Program-made: the position numbers and the translations under genes | Assembly (NCBI RefSeq): GCF_006345805.1 | Contig: NC_043001.1 | Location: 31,930,001-31,994,000, forward strand | Source of the DNA: Octopus sinensis | Lineage: Eukaryota | Reading direction: 5' to 3' | DNA length: 64,000 bases | Shown here: one piece after another, positions 23,941-37,422 of the stretch | Layout of the letters: every line of letters begins with the position of its first letter | How positions within the stretch are numbered: the first letter of the stretch is position 1 | Notes under the pieces: generated by a model | Databases searched by the model: none | What the model saw: the letters and a program-made list of their open reading frames with translations, nothing else | Told to the model about the DNA's origin: nothing

Positions 23941-24814
23941 GTTGCAACAGGTTTGTGAGAGATGATCCCCAAACTGGATGAACCGCCATGGAAACAACGG
24001 CGATTACATTGCAAAACTGAACGTGCTGTAATCCGTGATGATCGTCACCTAATCTTTTTTTACTTCTTACTTGTTCCAGTCATTGGATAGCGACCATGCT
24101 TGGGTATTGCCCTCGAGGGTTGAGTCGAACAGACCGTTTCCAGTCCTTATTATTTTCAAGTTTGGTACTTACTATTTCGTTCACTTTTGCTAAACCGAAA
24201 AGTTACGGTGACGTATACAAACCAATACAGGTTGTGAAGTCTTATGCGAATCAACAGAATGATATGCACATATACAAAAGGATTTCGCACAGTTTCCATC
24301 TGCTATGCATTATTAATCCCGTAGTTATAGCAAAAGAAACTTGTCAAAGGTTCCACGCGGCGGGACAGCATCCGGGAATCAAACTCAAAACCTCGCGATT
24401 GTAAATTCGACGCCATAACTACTGAGCCAAGCTCTTTCATGTATGTATGTATGTATGTATGTATGTATTATGTATGTATGTATGTATCTATCTATCTATC
24501 GATATGATATATGATATGATATCCATTCTCTCCCTTCACCGTTTTCTATCTGTATCTCTCTCACCTTTCTTTCGCTGCTCACAATTGACCATCGTCCATC
24601 TTTCTTTTCCTCACGCGATCGTCTTCCTTTCCTTTCAGGACTGTCCTGAAGACTGGACGTATCTTATCTCCCTCTTCTATTTTTTCTCTTGTCAAAGAAA
24701 ATACTCCTCCAGCGTACGCTATTTTACCCTCGTTCTGGTCTAACGACCCTGCATGTTTATTTCTTTGTATGTCTCCACTCTTCTGTTTTTTTTTCACAAA
24801 TTTGACCCTCCATA

Positions 24815-25598
24815 AATCCCCAATAATCAATGCTTCTCATGCCGTCTATCTTTCTTGTTATGGATCTCTGTAGTGCTTCTACTTTCATAATGAGTTGTTT
24901 CGTATGAGGAGAGGACCACAGTGGGCAACAGTACTCAAAGTGGGATCGGGCAAAAGTAGAGAAGAGAAGGATGATGGTGTAGGCATTCCTAACCGAAAAG
25001 TTCTCAAAATCCGGGAGCACATCTTTCAGGCCAAGTTAACCTTGCTGTTTACGTGGGAACTCCAGCTTAAATTGTTATCAATAATCACTCCAAGATCTCT
25101 GGTAGAGTTGGATGACACTAAGAGAGTCGCCCGAGGGAAGAGCACATGGTAATTTCAGAGTTTTCTCCTTCCCAAAGTGGATCAAATCAAACTGATCTTC
25201 ATTTAAAAGCATATTGTTTTTTTCTACCCATTGGCTAATAGCAAACAGATCCGACTGAAGGCATATTCAGTCTCACATGCCGTTTTTGGGTTTCTGGAGT
25301 TTGGAATCATCTGCAAAGATTTTCAGTGTAGAATGTTTGATGACATCTTTTATGCCGTTGATGTAAATAATGAAGAGGAGTGGGCCCAACACGGTACCTT
25401 GTGGGACACCACTACTGACTTTAGCTGAGCTGGATCGTATTCCCTCAAACACAACATGTTGGGTTCTGTTCGTGAGGAAACACTTTATCCACTGCAGCAA
25501 CTTCCCACGGACTTCAATGTTGGACAGTTTCTTCAGCAGGATTTTGTGGTCCACTCTGTCAAATGCCTTGCTGAAATCAAGGAGTATGACGTCAGTGT

Positions 25599-25605
<7 letters not shown>
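24815..25605 (-). pseudogene. CR1/Jockey-group LINE reverse transcriptase fragment
   Basis: DVILLDFSKAFDRVDHKILLKKL...SGVPQGTVLGPLLFIIYI...FADDSKL; downstream FSTFARSHFEYCCPLWSSP...VEALQRSITRKI. Confidence 0.92.
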
Positions 25606-25659
<54 letters not shown>

Positions 25660-25804
25660 GTATATATAAATGGAGTTAAACGCAGGTGTTATTCAAATTC
25701 TTTTACTTGTGTGATTATTTGTTGCTCTGGTAACTGTTTATTTATTTTTGTCCATGTTGATTGTAAACAAGGGAAAAATACACACATCCATTCATATAAT
25801 ATAT

Positions 25805-26206
25805 ATACTCTTTACTCTTTTTACTCTTTTACTTGTTTCAGTCATTTGACTGCGGCCATGCTGGAGCACCGCCTTTAGTCGAGCAAATCGACCCCAGGAC
25901 TTATTCTTTGTAAGCCCAGTACTTATTCTATCGGTCTCTTTTGCCGGACCGCTAAGTGACGTGGACGTAAACACACCAGCAATGCTAGGGGGACAAACAC
26001 AGACACACCAACATATACACACACTCATATATATATATATACATATATACGACAGGCTTCTTTCAGTTTCCGTCTACCAAATCCACTCACAAGGCATTGG
26101 TCGGCCCGGGGCTATAGCAGAAGACACTTGCCCAAGATGCCACGCAGTGGGACTGAACCCGGAACCATGTGGTTGGTTAGCAAGCTACTTACCACACAGC
26201 CACTCC
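25805..26206 (-). mobile_element. SINE-B copy
   Basis: Nearly identical to 13325-13746. Confidence 0.9.
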
Positions 26207-26693
26207 ATATATATTATTTATATATATATTATGTATATATAATATATATATATATTATTTATATATATAATAATATATAAATATTATATATATTATTTAT
26301 ATATATATAATGTATATATTATATATATATATCATATATATATAGTATAATTGGATGTGTGTATTTTTTTCCGTGTTATTGTAAACAAGTGAAAAATACC
26401 CACATCCATTTATATATAATATGTATATATTATAAATATATATTATGTACATATGTAGTTTATGTATGTATGATATGTATGTGTATATATATATATATAT
26501 AATATATATTATGTATATATGTAATTTATGTATGTATGATATATATATATATATAATGTATATATGTATTTATGTATGTATATATATATATATATATATA
26601 TATAATGTATATATGTAATTTATGTATTATGATATATATATATATAATGTATATATATATATATTAGGTATATATGTAATTTATGTATGTATG

Positions 26694-26730
<37 letters not shown>

Positions 26731-26886
26731 AATGTATATATATATATTAGGTATATATAGATATATATAATGTATATATGTAATTTATGTATGTATGATA
26801 TATATATATATATAATGTATATATATATATATTAGGTATATATATATATATATATAATGTATATATGTAATTTATGTATATATGTA

Positions 26887-26932
<46 letters not shown>

Positions 26933-26945
26933 TATTATTTATATT
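26207..26945. repeat. Extreme AT-rich compound minisatellite
   Basis: Recurrent unit such as TATATAATGTATATATGTAATTTATGTATGTATGATATA alternating with (TA)n. Confidence 0.9.
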
Positions 26946-27014
26946 TTTTGTAGTTTCACTTCAGAGCCCAGGGCATGCTGATGCACCGCCGTTTTGCTAC
27001 ACTGTTATTACTGA

Positions 27015-28785
27015 GAGCCTCCTCCAATATGTGAAGAATGGAGTTTGATATAGCGACCCTCATTTGCACCTCTTAGCGTGAGGTAGGTTCATCTGGGACT
27101 CTCTACAGGAAGAGGTCCAGCTTTGATTTAAAACCCCTACCTCTACTTTATGCAGGTCCCTCAGGCTCTTTGAGAGATTATTAAAAAGCTGTGGGGCCTG
27201 AAACCCAGGCTGTTACAGTTACTGGTCCTGAAGCGTGGTGGTGTTGCTGGGATCTTTGTCACTATGCAGTGTCGACCCGTTCTGGCATTGGTGTAGCTTT
27301 CAATGCCAAAACTTGGCACAGTTCCTTCCAGGATCTTCCAGATGTATATTACTGCATACCTCTCCCGACTTCTCTCCAGGGAGTGGGGTCTTAGCTGTTT
27401 CAGCCTTTCCCAGTAGCTGAGCAGTTGCAAAGAGACGATCTTCTTTGTGAATCTTCTCTGGATTGCTTCAAGGTCCGCTGTTGATTTCACAATGGTGACC
27501 ATAGCTGTGAGCAGTAATCGAGGCGGCTGAGGATGAATGTCCTCCTGAGGACCATCATGGTTTCCTTGTCTCTGATTCCGAATGTTCTCAGGATCCAGCC
27601 AGCCAGTCGTCTGCACTTTGTCTCCATCCTGGTTATGTGCACTTGGAATGAGGTATCATCACTCATGTCGATTCCCAGGCCCCTCACTGATTTAGGCTCT
27701 GGGATTGAAATTCCCTGTGGACCGGTGTATCCTGTAAGTTTAATATTCAGTTTTGGATGCTGGTAGCGCAGGGCTTGGAGGTTTCAGCATTAAACTTCAT
27801 ATTATTATCCTCAGCCCATCTGTAAATTGAGTCCAACTCCTGCCGCAGATGTGCAACATCGCTGGGGATATGTATTTTCTGCGAGACTTTCGTATCGTCT
27901 GCGTAGCTTGCAAGGGTGGCTATCCGGGCATTTGAGGGCATATCTGAGAGGGCCACTATAAAAAGCAGTGGTCCCAAGACAGTGCCCTGTGGAACACCGC
28001 TCACTATTTGTGTTTTCATAGAGGTGGCTCCATTAGCCACTCCTGCCTGTCCTATCTCTTTCAGAACGTCATGTAATCACTCTCCACATTTTCCAGCTAT
28101 GCCGAGATCACGCACTTTGTTGCATATCATACCATGATTCACTTTGTAAAAGCTTTTGCAGAATCAAGGTATATTACGTCCACATTTGAGATGTTGAGTA
28201 ATTGCCTCAATACCCAGTTATAATGTCGTAAGAGCTCTGTCAGGCAGCTCCTACTTGGTCGAAAGCCATTCTGGGTATCACTCAGCAAGTTATTTTCTTC
28301 AAGAAATCCGATTAGTTTCCCTCTGACTACCCGTTCAATGATTTTGCTGATGTGTGAAGTTAGAGAGATAGGACTATAGATTTTGGCATCTGCTTTGCTT
28401 CCCCCTTTATGGATTGGGCATATCATTCCCTCCTTCAGTTTGCTTGGCAGTCTGCTATTTGCAAGAAAGCTCTGGAAGAGAATCTGGAGGGGTTTTGCCA
28501 GGGCATGCTTACACGATTTGAGGAGGATTGCTGGGAAACCATCAGGACCAGCAGTTGAGTTTGTGTCCACTTCATCTATGGCTAGTAGTATATCTTCTTC
28601 GCTAATATCGATGTATTCCATCGTAACTGCCTCGCTGGTTATAGGTGAGGCGGCAAAGAAGTCCACTGATTCGTTCACTTGTTTGTGTTCCAAACGGGGT
28701 GGTAAAGACACTTTTGAAGTGGTCCTTCAGCACATCACTGATCCTTGTTGGACTGTCTGCGAGGGAGCCATCCTTTTGGAAGAGG
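27015..28785 (-). pseudogene. 5'-truncated CR1-like LINE ORF2 (RT through 3' end), frameshifted
   Basis: Consecutive ORF pieces read AGPDGFPAILLK...PISLTSHISKIIERVV...QNGFRPSRSCLT...YLDSAKAF; SGVPQGTVLGPLLF...YADDTK; SRLDYCSQLWSP; LEAIQRRFTKKI...YWERLKQL..SLERSRERY. Confidence 0.95.
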
Positions 28786-29154
28786 GGTCCATATATATAT
28801 ATATAATATATATATTTTATATATTATTTATAAATACATACATAAATATATATATAGATATTTATATACATAATATATTATATCATATGTATATCTATAT
28901 ATAATATATCATATATATATAAGATATAGATATATAATTCCTGGAGGTAAGACGAGAATTTTTTATGTTCGCCGTCCGTACACACATTTGCCGCTCTACA
29001 TTCGGTGAAGCTTTACATAGCGTCGTACGATTATCGACTGCTATTTCCAGGAAATATTGCTGCTTTGTTGTGCCACTATTTCCTATTTGTAATTCTACCT
29101 TTACGGTGCTTTATTTTGCTGGAAAATAATACTATTGTATTGTAATAATATTTA

Positions 29155-29208
<54 letters not shown>

Positions 29209-29246
29209 TTATATATTATTTATTAAAGCCGAAAATATTGTCACGA

Positions 29247-29287
29247 ACTGTTACTCAGAGGTTTCACGCGTGCATTCGTCCGATAGT
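29247..29287 (-). ncRNA. Degenerate hammerhead motif (family 3), core mutated
   Basis: Minus strand reads ACTAT CGGACGA ATG-CACG-CGT GAAA C CTCTGA G T A ACAGT. It has a U4 to G core change, one stem I mismatch and a GUA triplet. Confidence 0.55.
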
Positions 29288-29354
29288 TGTGATATTAAAG
29301 AATAATGTAAATTTATAACAATTTTATAAAACTTCATTGCCCTGATTCATAATA

Positions 29355-29394
29355 ATTGTCTGACGAACGGTCACATGAAACTCTCAGTAACATT
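29355..29394 (+). ncRNA. Minimal hammerhead motif (family 3), intact core, weak stem II
   Basis: ATTGT CTGACGA(29360-66) ACGGTCACAT GAAA(29377-80) C TCTCA GTA ACATT. Confidence 0.6.
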
Positions 29395-29619
29395 TTTTTC
29401 AAGTTTTTATCGGTTTTAATGAAATAGTATTTTGCTCTGCCCTTTGGTATTCGAGTGCTATATTTTTTTTACCATGTTTTGCACCTATGTGCTTACTTGT
29501 GTGTACGTGTGTGTGTATGTGTTTGTGTGTGTGTGTGTGTGCATGTATACAGATGCATAAGACATGTATACGCTACATACATATATATAAATATATATAC
29601 ATATGTGTGTGTGTGTGTG

Positions 29620-29817
29620 TGCTAGGGCACCTCCTTGAGGAATTTTTAGTCAAATGAAATGACCTCAGCACTTTGTATTTTTTAAGGCTCGTACCTATTT
29701 CATCCGTTTCTTTTGCCGAACCGCCAAGTGCGGCAAACATACCAAGACCGGATGTCAAGCGGTAATCAAACACAATCACTAAGACACACACATGTAGATA
29801 CATTTACACACACTCAT

Positions 29818-29851
<34 letters not shown>

Positions 29852-30080
29852 GACGGGCTTCTTTCAGTTTCCGCCTACCAAATCCACTCAAAAGACTTTC
29901 GTAGGCCCGAGGCTACAGTAGAAGACACTTGCCCAAGGAGCTGAACCCTGAACCATGTGGCTGGGGAGTAAGCTTCTTACCACACAGCCACGCCCAGGAT
30001 CCCTAGGGTCCTATTTTGTTCTAAAGGCGGTGCTCCAGCATGGCCACAGTCATATGACAAGCAAATAAAAGAATAAAAGA

Positions 30081-30126
<46 letters not shown>

Positions 30127-30306
30127 TTATACATGCACATGCATGCATACATTGTGACGGTATTGTAAGAAGTTTGTTTCTAACCACACGGTCCCGAGTT
30201 CAGTCCCACTGTGTGGCACTTCGGATACGTGCCTTCCACTATAGCTCCGGGAAAACAAAGACTTGTGAGTGAATTTGTTAGATGGAAAATGTAAGAAGCC
30301 CATCGG

Positions 30307-30363
<57 letters not shown>

Positions 30364-30725
30364 CACATACATACATACACACACATTTATATGTATGTAT
30401 GTATGCATACAAGCACACACAGTCATACACACACACACACACACACATACATATGTATGCACATATATGTCTGTATGTATTTATGTTTATATAACTTCGT
30501 GCTTCTGTTCGTTTCCGACCATCAGTTGTCAACCGGTGTTGGTTTGTTTGTTTGAGTCGCTGCAGCTTAGCGGTTGGCCAAAAGAGACCGATGAAAAAAA
30601 TGCACAGGGTGTATAAAAATAAGAAACTGCGTGGGGGGGGGGTCAATGCATTCCACTAAAAAATTCTTCAAGGTGGTTGCTCCAGCATGGCCGGCCACAG
30701 TCCAATGAATGAAACAAGTAAAAGA
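29620..30725. mobile_element. Cluster of degenerate SINE-B copies (29620-29995 minus; 30020-30080 tail; 30165-30725 plus)
   Basis: Shared motifs GACGGGCTTCTTTCAGTTTCCG, GAAGACACTTGCCCAAGG and GCTCCAGCATGGCC. Confidence 0.8.
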
Positions 30726-31678
30726 AAAACGATAAAATGCGAAAAATGTGTGTATTCGCGCGGGCGCGCGTGCAGATACAAACACCCCACCCCCACCCCC
30801 AACAAATACACACGTACGCATACTAATATATAAACAGACACACATACACACGTATAATAGTGCTTTGTTTCTCGTAGTAGTAGTAGTAGAAGAAGAAGAA
30901 GTTTGGCGTGGTAATGGTGATGGTGGTGGTGGTGGTGGTGGCTGGAAGAAGCACTGGTCGTGGCAATGCAATGGTTGCTGGTATGCATTCAATATTCTAT
31001 CAGGCAGGGGGCCTTTTCTTCATTGATTTGATATGTTCCTCAACAGCAGCAGCAGCAGCAGCTGTAGTAGTAACAACAACAACAACAACAACAACAAGAC
31101 GACCATTCTTATTATGTGACGCGATGCCATTCATTGTGACGCGATGTTAGCCATCAATATCCCCCCCACCCCCACCCCCACCCCCACCCAACCCAATCCA
31201 CTCGTTTACCCCTAACCCACCCCTCCTCCTCCTCCTCCTCCCGACTGACGTTCACATATATCTTCGAGTGTGAGTGAAAGGGAGGGTGTGAGTGGAATGA
31301 CGTCCTCGTTTTACTGGTAATAAAGGTCGCGGAATTCATAATGAAATTGTAGTAGTAGTAGTAGTAGTAGTTGTTGTTGTTGTTGTTGTTCAGTCACCAG
31401 GTCAACGCTGACGAAATTGTCTTACAACCAAAGGCATTCCAGCCGTATACCACGTTGTCTGATGTGTACTTTTCTACGATAGATAGTAAGGTATGATTTT
31501 GAGGGAGAAATGGTTGCTATTTCTTGCTGACCTGAGCGACTACGTAGCGCTCCTTCCCTCCTTCCCACTTTGGATAGTTATTGTTGCTGTTGTTGTTGTT
31601 GGTGGTGGTGGTGATGGTGGTGGATTATAGCAACGCCAAAAAGTGGGACGGTGGAGACAGACTAAGAGAAGAAAGGGA

Positions 31679-31709
<31 letters not shown>

Positions 31710-32804
31710 AAAGAGTGTGAGAGCGAGAGAAAGCGATAAAAAAAGAGATTAAGAGAGAACGTATATGGCAGGGCGAAGACAGAGTGGCTTGTAAATTAAA
31801 TTCCACAGTAAGTGTATAAGAGAAGAAACACAGAATGAGAGAGAAAGAGAAAGTGTGAAACACAGAGAGGGAGAGAGAGAGAGAAAGGGGGATAGCGAAA
31901 GTGTGAAACACAGAGAGGGAGAGAGAGAGAGAGAAAGGGGGATAGCGAAAGTGAGAAACAGAGACAGAGTAAAATGGATAGAGATTGGGAGGTGGGAGGG
32001 AGGGAGGGTATCATCATGTGACACAGAGTTGTGAAGTTTATGAAGACAACGAAGGAATGCTTACGTCATCAGAGGAATTTCAAGTATTTCTTTCGAAACA
32101 TTCCACTCTCTCCTACGCAATATATTCAATAAAATCACATCTTTTCTTTGTGAATGTGCGCGTGTGTGTGCTTGTATCTATGCCTGATTATTCATTTATC
32201 CATTCACTCATTCATTCATTCACAGAATTCATTCATCTTTCTACTACATCGGTGACGTTTAGCGTTGAGAAATGGTTGAGGTAAGCCTTCCTCTCCTCCA
32301 CCGCGTGTGCCGCGTTGCTGAGGCATAACGATAAAATAATACTATTTCACATATTGCCGTTTTGGAAGAATTTTTCAATTCACCCCACGCCGGTTGTTAC
32401 CACTTTTGAGAAAGGAATCATAATTATACTTTATATTTAACAAACTCTTCGCTCACCTTCATTCCCCTCCCATCCATATTTCTCAAATGTAGGGTATTTC
32501 TCTGTTACGTGAAAGAAAGCAGTCTGAGAAACCACATTTATGCAAAGGAATTTTTGGTTGGTGAGGTTAAGATGTAGGTTATATTTCTATGAAAGAGTTG
32601 TGTGTGTGGGGGTGTGTGAGCGGGGGGTATAAAATATAGGTAACATTTCTGTAAAAGAATTGTAGTGGGTGGGTTTAAAATATAGGTAAAATTTCTGTGA
32701 AGGAATTTTGGTTTCTAGGTTATAAATACAGTTAATATTTTTGTAGAGAAATTTCGGTGGTTTCTTATTAAAATATAGTTAATATTTCTGTGATGGAATT
32801 TTGG

Positions 32805-35180
32805 TGTTTTCTTTTCCTTCTTTACATACCATACCTACAGGCAAACTTCTATCGTTCACCTTCTGTCCCACAAACAACTTTGCAAGTTATTAGGGTTATT
32901 GATATATTAGTAAAATGAATGACTGTATGAATAAACCAATGAATAAAGAAATACACAATAAAGCACATATGCACATACATACATTCACAAAGAAAAGAAA
33001 TGGTTTTATTCACTTGTTACAGTCATCAGTATATTTTCTCTGTCTTCTGCTTTTCGGTTTTCCAGTTCTTGCTGTTCTTTTGCCTCCTTATATTTTAAAG
33101 GAGTTCTCTAATGATTTCTGCTAAACTAAGGACTTCACTATTTGTTACTCTATAGGTTATCTTGAGCAAACATCTAAAGGAACAAATTTCTGCAGCTTTG
33201 ATAAACTTTCCCAAGTGTGTGCTGATATTCCAGGTAACAAAACTATGTATAAGGGTGAGCCCCTTTTGCACACTTTAACTGATAACCATTTATTTGACAA
33301 TATGTACCTCATCTTTCAACAACAGCCTCGGCCTATCTTAATCCTTGACTGAATTTCATTAGTTTTACCCATGCCATATAATTGTAGTTACTTTACATTT
33401 AAAGCTAGCGACTTTTTATAGCACTAAATGAAATCAAGGCGAATGGGCGTAAAAAGATTCAGTGACAAGGTACAACTAAAGCCCTGTACATCCTAAGAAA
33501 AGGCATTGTCAAAGGAATGGGCGTAAAAAATATTCTGTACCAAGGTACAACTAAAGCTCCGTACATCCTAAGAAAAGGCATTGCCAAAGGAATGGGCGTA
33601 AAAAATATTCTGTACCAAGGTATCATTCATTATTTAAAAAGTATTTGATGCAGTAAGTCATGGAGAAATATTAAAACTTGTTGGAAAGAGTTAGGAATAA
33701 TCTGACACATGTTGACAACAAACAACAGCAAGCAGATTTTGAAGTGAAATAGGAAAATATGAAATGGAAAGAAGAGTACAACACGGGTGTGTGTTATCAT
33801 TAGACTTACTTCCGTTATGCAGTGAAATAATTATGCCACAAAATACTAAACATCTACCAGGTATACAAGTAGGAGGTAAAAACATCAACGATATCACAAT
33901 TCTCGTAGCAACATCAGAGAAAGATTCATAAACATTGGTTAGTACTATTCATGGTAAACGTGAAAAGATGAGCCTAAATCTTAACGGCAATAAGAGAAAA
34001 GAAAATACAAATGCAAAAACTATATTAGAGAAAGTGCCATCTATTTCCTCCATAAGATTTTAGTGTGTTAAAAAATATAGTAAATATAGTAAAAAATATA
34101 GTAAATATTTCTGTAGAAGAATTTTGGTGCGTTCTTTTCTCTTTTCAGTGCCATGCCAACAGGCATTGATGATCATACATCTTCACTCACTTTTGTCCCA
34201 CACAAAACTTACTGCATTGCTCTTCCTTCCTTTGCCAGATATTAAGACAATTGAAAATTTGCTCTCTTTGTCTTTTTATTGTCATTCAGTTTTCCAATTC
34301 GTGACAATTGGAAAGCAACTGTTGAAGGTTTAATGACAATTGAAAAAAAGTGTTGCAGGCTTTATCATCTCATATGATGCCCCGTGAACTTATCCTGTTA
34401 CCTATTTACGTTGTTGAGATAATTTCTGATAGAATCTTATCTAAGGACTTCAGTGTTAGTTATTCAGCTGCCGCTAGAGTGCATCATGAATATTTGTTCG
34501 AAAAATACATCGCTGCAATATTGGAAGCTTTTACACTTTTTGTTGATACGTTTGATCATATAGTAGTCTTGGTTTGTCCAATCCTTGACTAAATTTCTTC
34601 GAGGTTTTTCTATCTTATGCGATTATTTCCATATATTTAAAGTTATTGATTTCTTCGAGCAGAATGTGGACTCATTGTGGTAAAAGAATAACAGTTGAGG
34701 TGTACATCCGGAGTATCAGTGGTGAAAGAGCAACGGAGGCACAATATGTTCCTAGAATTCATTAATTCCACAAAAACACTTCATACTGTGAACTAAGAAG
34801 AAATCTTAAAAATACTAGAAGATATAAATAAATCTAGGTAGAAAGGACTTATGAGTAATCAAGAACACATATTAGCAACAAACAGTAGGAACCAGAACTG
34901 GAAATAAAATAGAACAGTATGGTAAGATCGAGAGAAGAGTACGACCTGTTTCCGTTATAGAGTGAAATAGTTATGCGACTTATTGGAAATCTATCAGGAA
35001 TATTTATGGGAGGATAAAGCACCAACAATATTCGTTATGTACTCAGCAAAGCTTTCGTATCAACATCAGAGAAGGTCTACAAATATTAGAGGACTTACAG
35101 ATGGACTTAAGCTTTAATGGCAAACAAGACATTTTCAACTGTGAACAACATATCAATTTGCAACATAAGAATGGAATGAA
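32805..35180. pseudogene. Four RTE-clade LINE fragments in alternating orientation (32805-33420 minus, 33425-34050 plus, 34130-34625 minus, ~34860-35180 plus)
   Basis: Minus strand: WNISTHLGKFIKAAEICSFRCLLKITYRVTNSEVL and IINACWHGT. Plus strand: QGTTKALYILRK... and LPGIQVGGKNINDI-TILVATSEKD (the YADD motif is deleted). Confidence 0.75.
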
Positions 35181-36425
35181 AGAGAATTTTGGGTGTCATT
35201 TAAAAATATAATTAGTATTTCTCAGAAGAAATTTAGCTGATTTAGGTTACAAATATAGATAATATTTCTGTGAAGAAATCTGGTTGCTTAGTTTAAAAAT
35301 ATAGTCAATATATCTATGAAAGAATTTTGGTAGCTTGAATTAAAGTAAAGTTGATATTTTGGTGGGTTAGATAAAAATATAGTTAATATTTCGGCAAAGG
35401 AATTTTTGTGGTTAGCTTAATAATATACTGATTAATTTTCCGCAAGAATTTTTGTCGAATTGGATAAAAACAGTATTTCTGTGAAGGAATTGTGGAATGG
35501 TTTACAAATAGAGTTAATAGTTTTTGAAAGAATATTCACGAGTGAGGTTAAAAATTAAGTTCATATTTCTGTGCGGGAGAAATTTTTGTAGGTTACGTTA
35601 GGATAAAATTTGTTTTTGAAGAATTTTTTGGGCATTGATTTGAAATTATAGTTAATATTTCTATGAGAGAATTTTGTTGGGTTAGTCTAGTCTAAAAATG
35701 AAGTGAATATTCCTGCGAAGGAATTTGGGTGGGGGAGTTCATTTAAAAAAATAATAATATTCATTTGAGGGTATTTTCAAGAATTAGGTTAAAATAATCT
35801 TATTTGTGTGAAGGACTTTTCGAGGCATAGAATAAAAATAGAGTTGATATATCAGTCAAAGAAAAAATTGTAAGGTTCAAAGTATAATTAAATTTTCTGT
35901 AAAAGAATTTTGTGAGTTAGGCTTAAAATTTCGTTATAATTTGGAAATAATTTTGGAGTGTCAGATCAACAATGTATCTAGAGCTTATGTGGCTCAGGTA
36001 AAAATTACAGCTAAAATTTCTTAGAATGAAATTTTGTTGGTTACGTTAAAACTATATTTTATATTTCTGTGAAGGAATTTTTGTGGATTAAATTAAAACA
36101 CAGTTAATAATTATCAAAAAAAAATGGAAAACAGTTGGACAGGTTAACACTAAATTTAATACTAATAGTCCTGTAAAAGACTTTTATTGGATAACGTTAA
36201 GAAAAAAAAATATTGTTAATATTTTTGTGGATATTTGTGGGCGAGGTTCAAAATATAGTGAATATTTCTGTAAATGAATTTTTGGTGAGGTTGTTTTAAA
36301 ATGTAATTAATATTTCTGTAAACGTATTTTGGTGGATTATTTTAAAAATATAATATCTATTAACTAGAACTTATGAGCTAGTTAAATATGTAGATAATAA
36401 AGTGTACAGTTAGAAATATTGTTAA

Positions 36426-36450
36426 CTAGCATTATGACCCGGCGTTGCTA
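36426..36450 (-). mobile_element. Possible Helitron 3' terminus
   Basis: The minus strand reads GCAACGCCGGGTCATAATGCTAG|T; the subterminal hairpin is incomplete. Confidence 0.35.
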
Positions 36451-37368
36451 GTTTGGTATAAATTTGTTAAATTAAAAATTTGGGGTAATAAAACATACAA
36501 ATGACATATTAAAAAGACGAATTAAAATTCCAGAGAAAAATACATAGAAGATAAATATACAAATTTACAAAAATATATAAAAGTTCATCGGAGATGCACC
36601 AATTAATATGAAACATATATATTTAAAATTGACACTCCTCTCGTCAGGATGTTTTTTTACACACAACACATAGTACACGGAAACAAATGCACAATTACAT
36701 ACATGCGAAAGACCAGACATTAAGTACTCCCCAAAATTCTCATAGATACTGAATGCTACTTTATAAGCATATAATTCACTCTAGTAGCTATGGTAAATGG
36801 TATGCGCACAGCTCCACCTGGAGTAATTCACTTCTGCACTCAATTAAATTTTTCATCTTTTAATTTCTCCCATTCATGCAAAGTCACATATTCGAGTTCA
36901 AGTCCTTGATACATTTTATACTCATTGCTATTTTTTCTTTTAATTGTTATATTACAATTTAATTACCATACTTTAGCTTTATTTTAATTACTACTTACTA
37001 TATTTAATTCAATTGTTATTATTACCTCTAACTTTTATTGCAATTTTTATTTCTAAATTTCTTATGGAACGTCGAGTGGATCTTATGCGTACAATATATT
37101 TTTATATGATGTTTATATTTATATATTACTACATATTTCTTATATAGTACTATATATTACTTTATGTCTGTTCTGTAGATATAAATGAATATATGTATGT
37201 GTTTGATCTTTCTGTGGATTTTGTAGTGCTTTGTAGTTTCTGCTCGCATTGCCTCCCCTCGGATTAAAAACTGTATACAGCTCATTTGAGCACTACTGTT
37301 CCAGTCTGTTATATATTTTAAGCGTTGTTGTCACTAACGATCTCAAGATATAACTTTATATATTTTGT

Positions 37369-37422
<54 letters not shown>

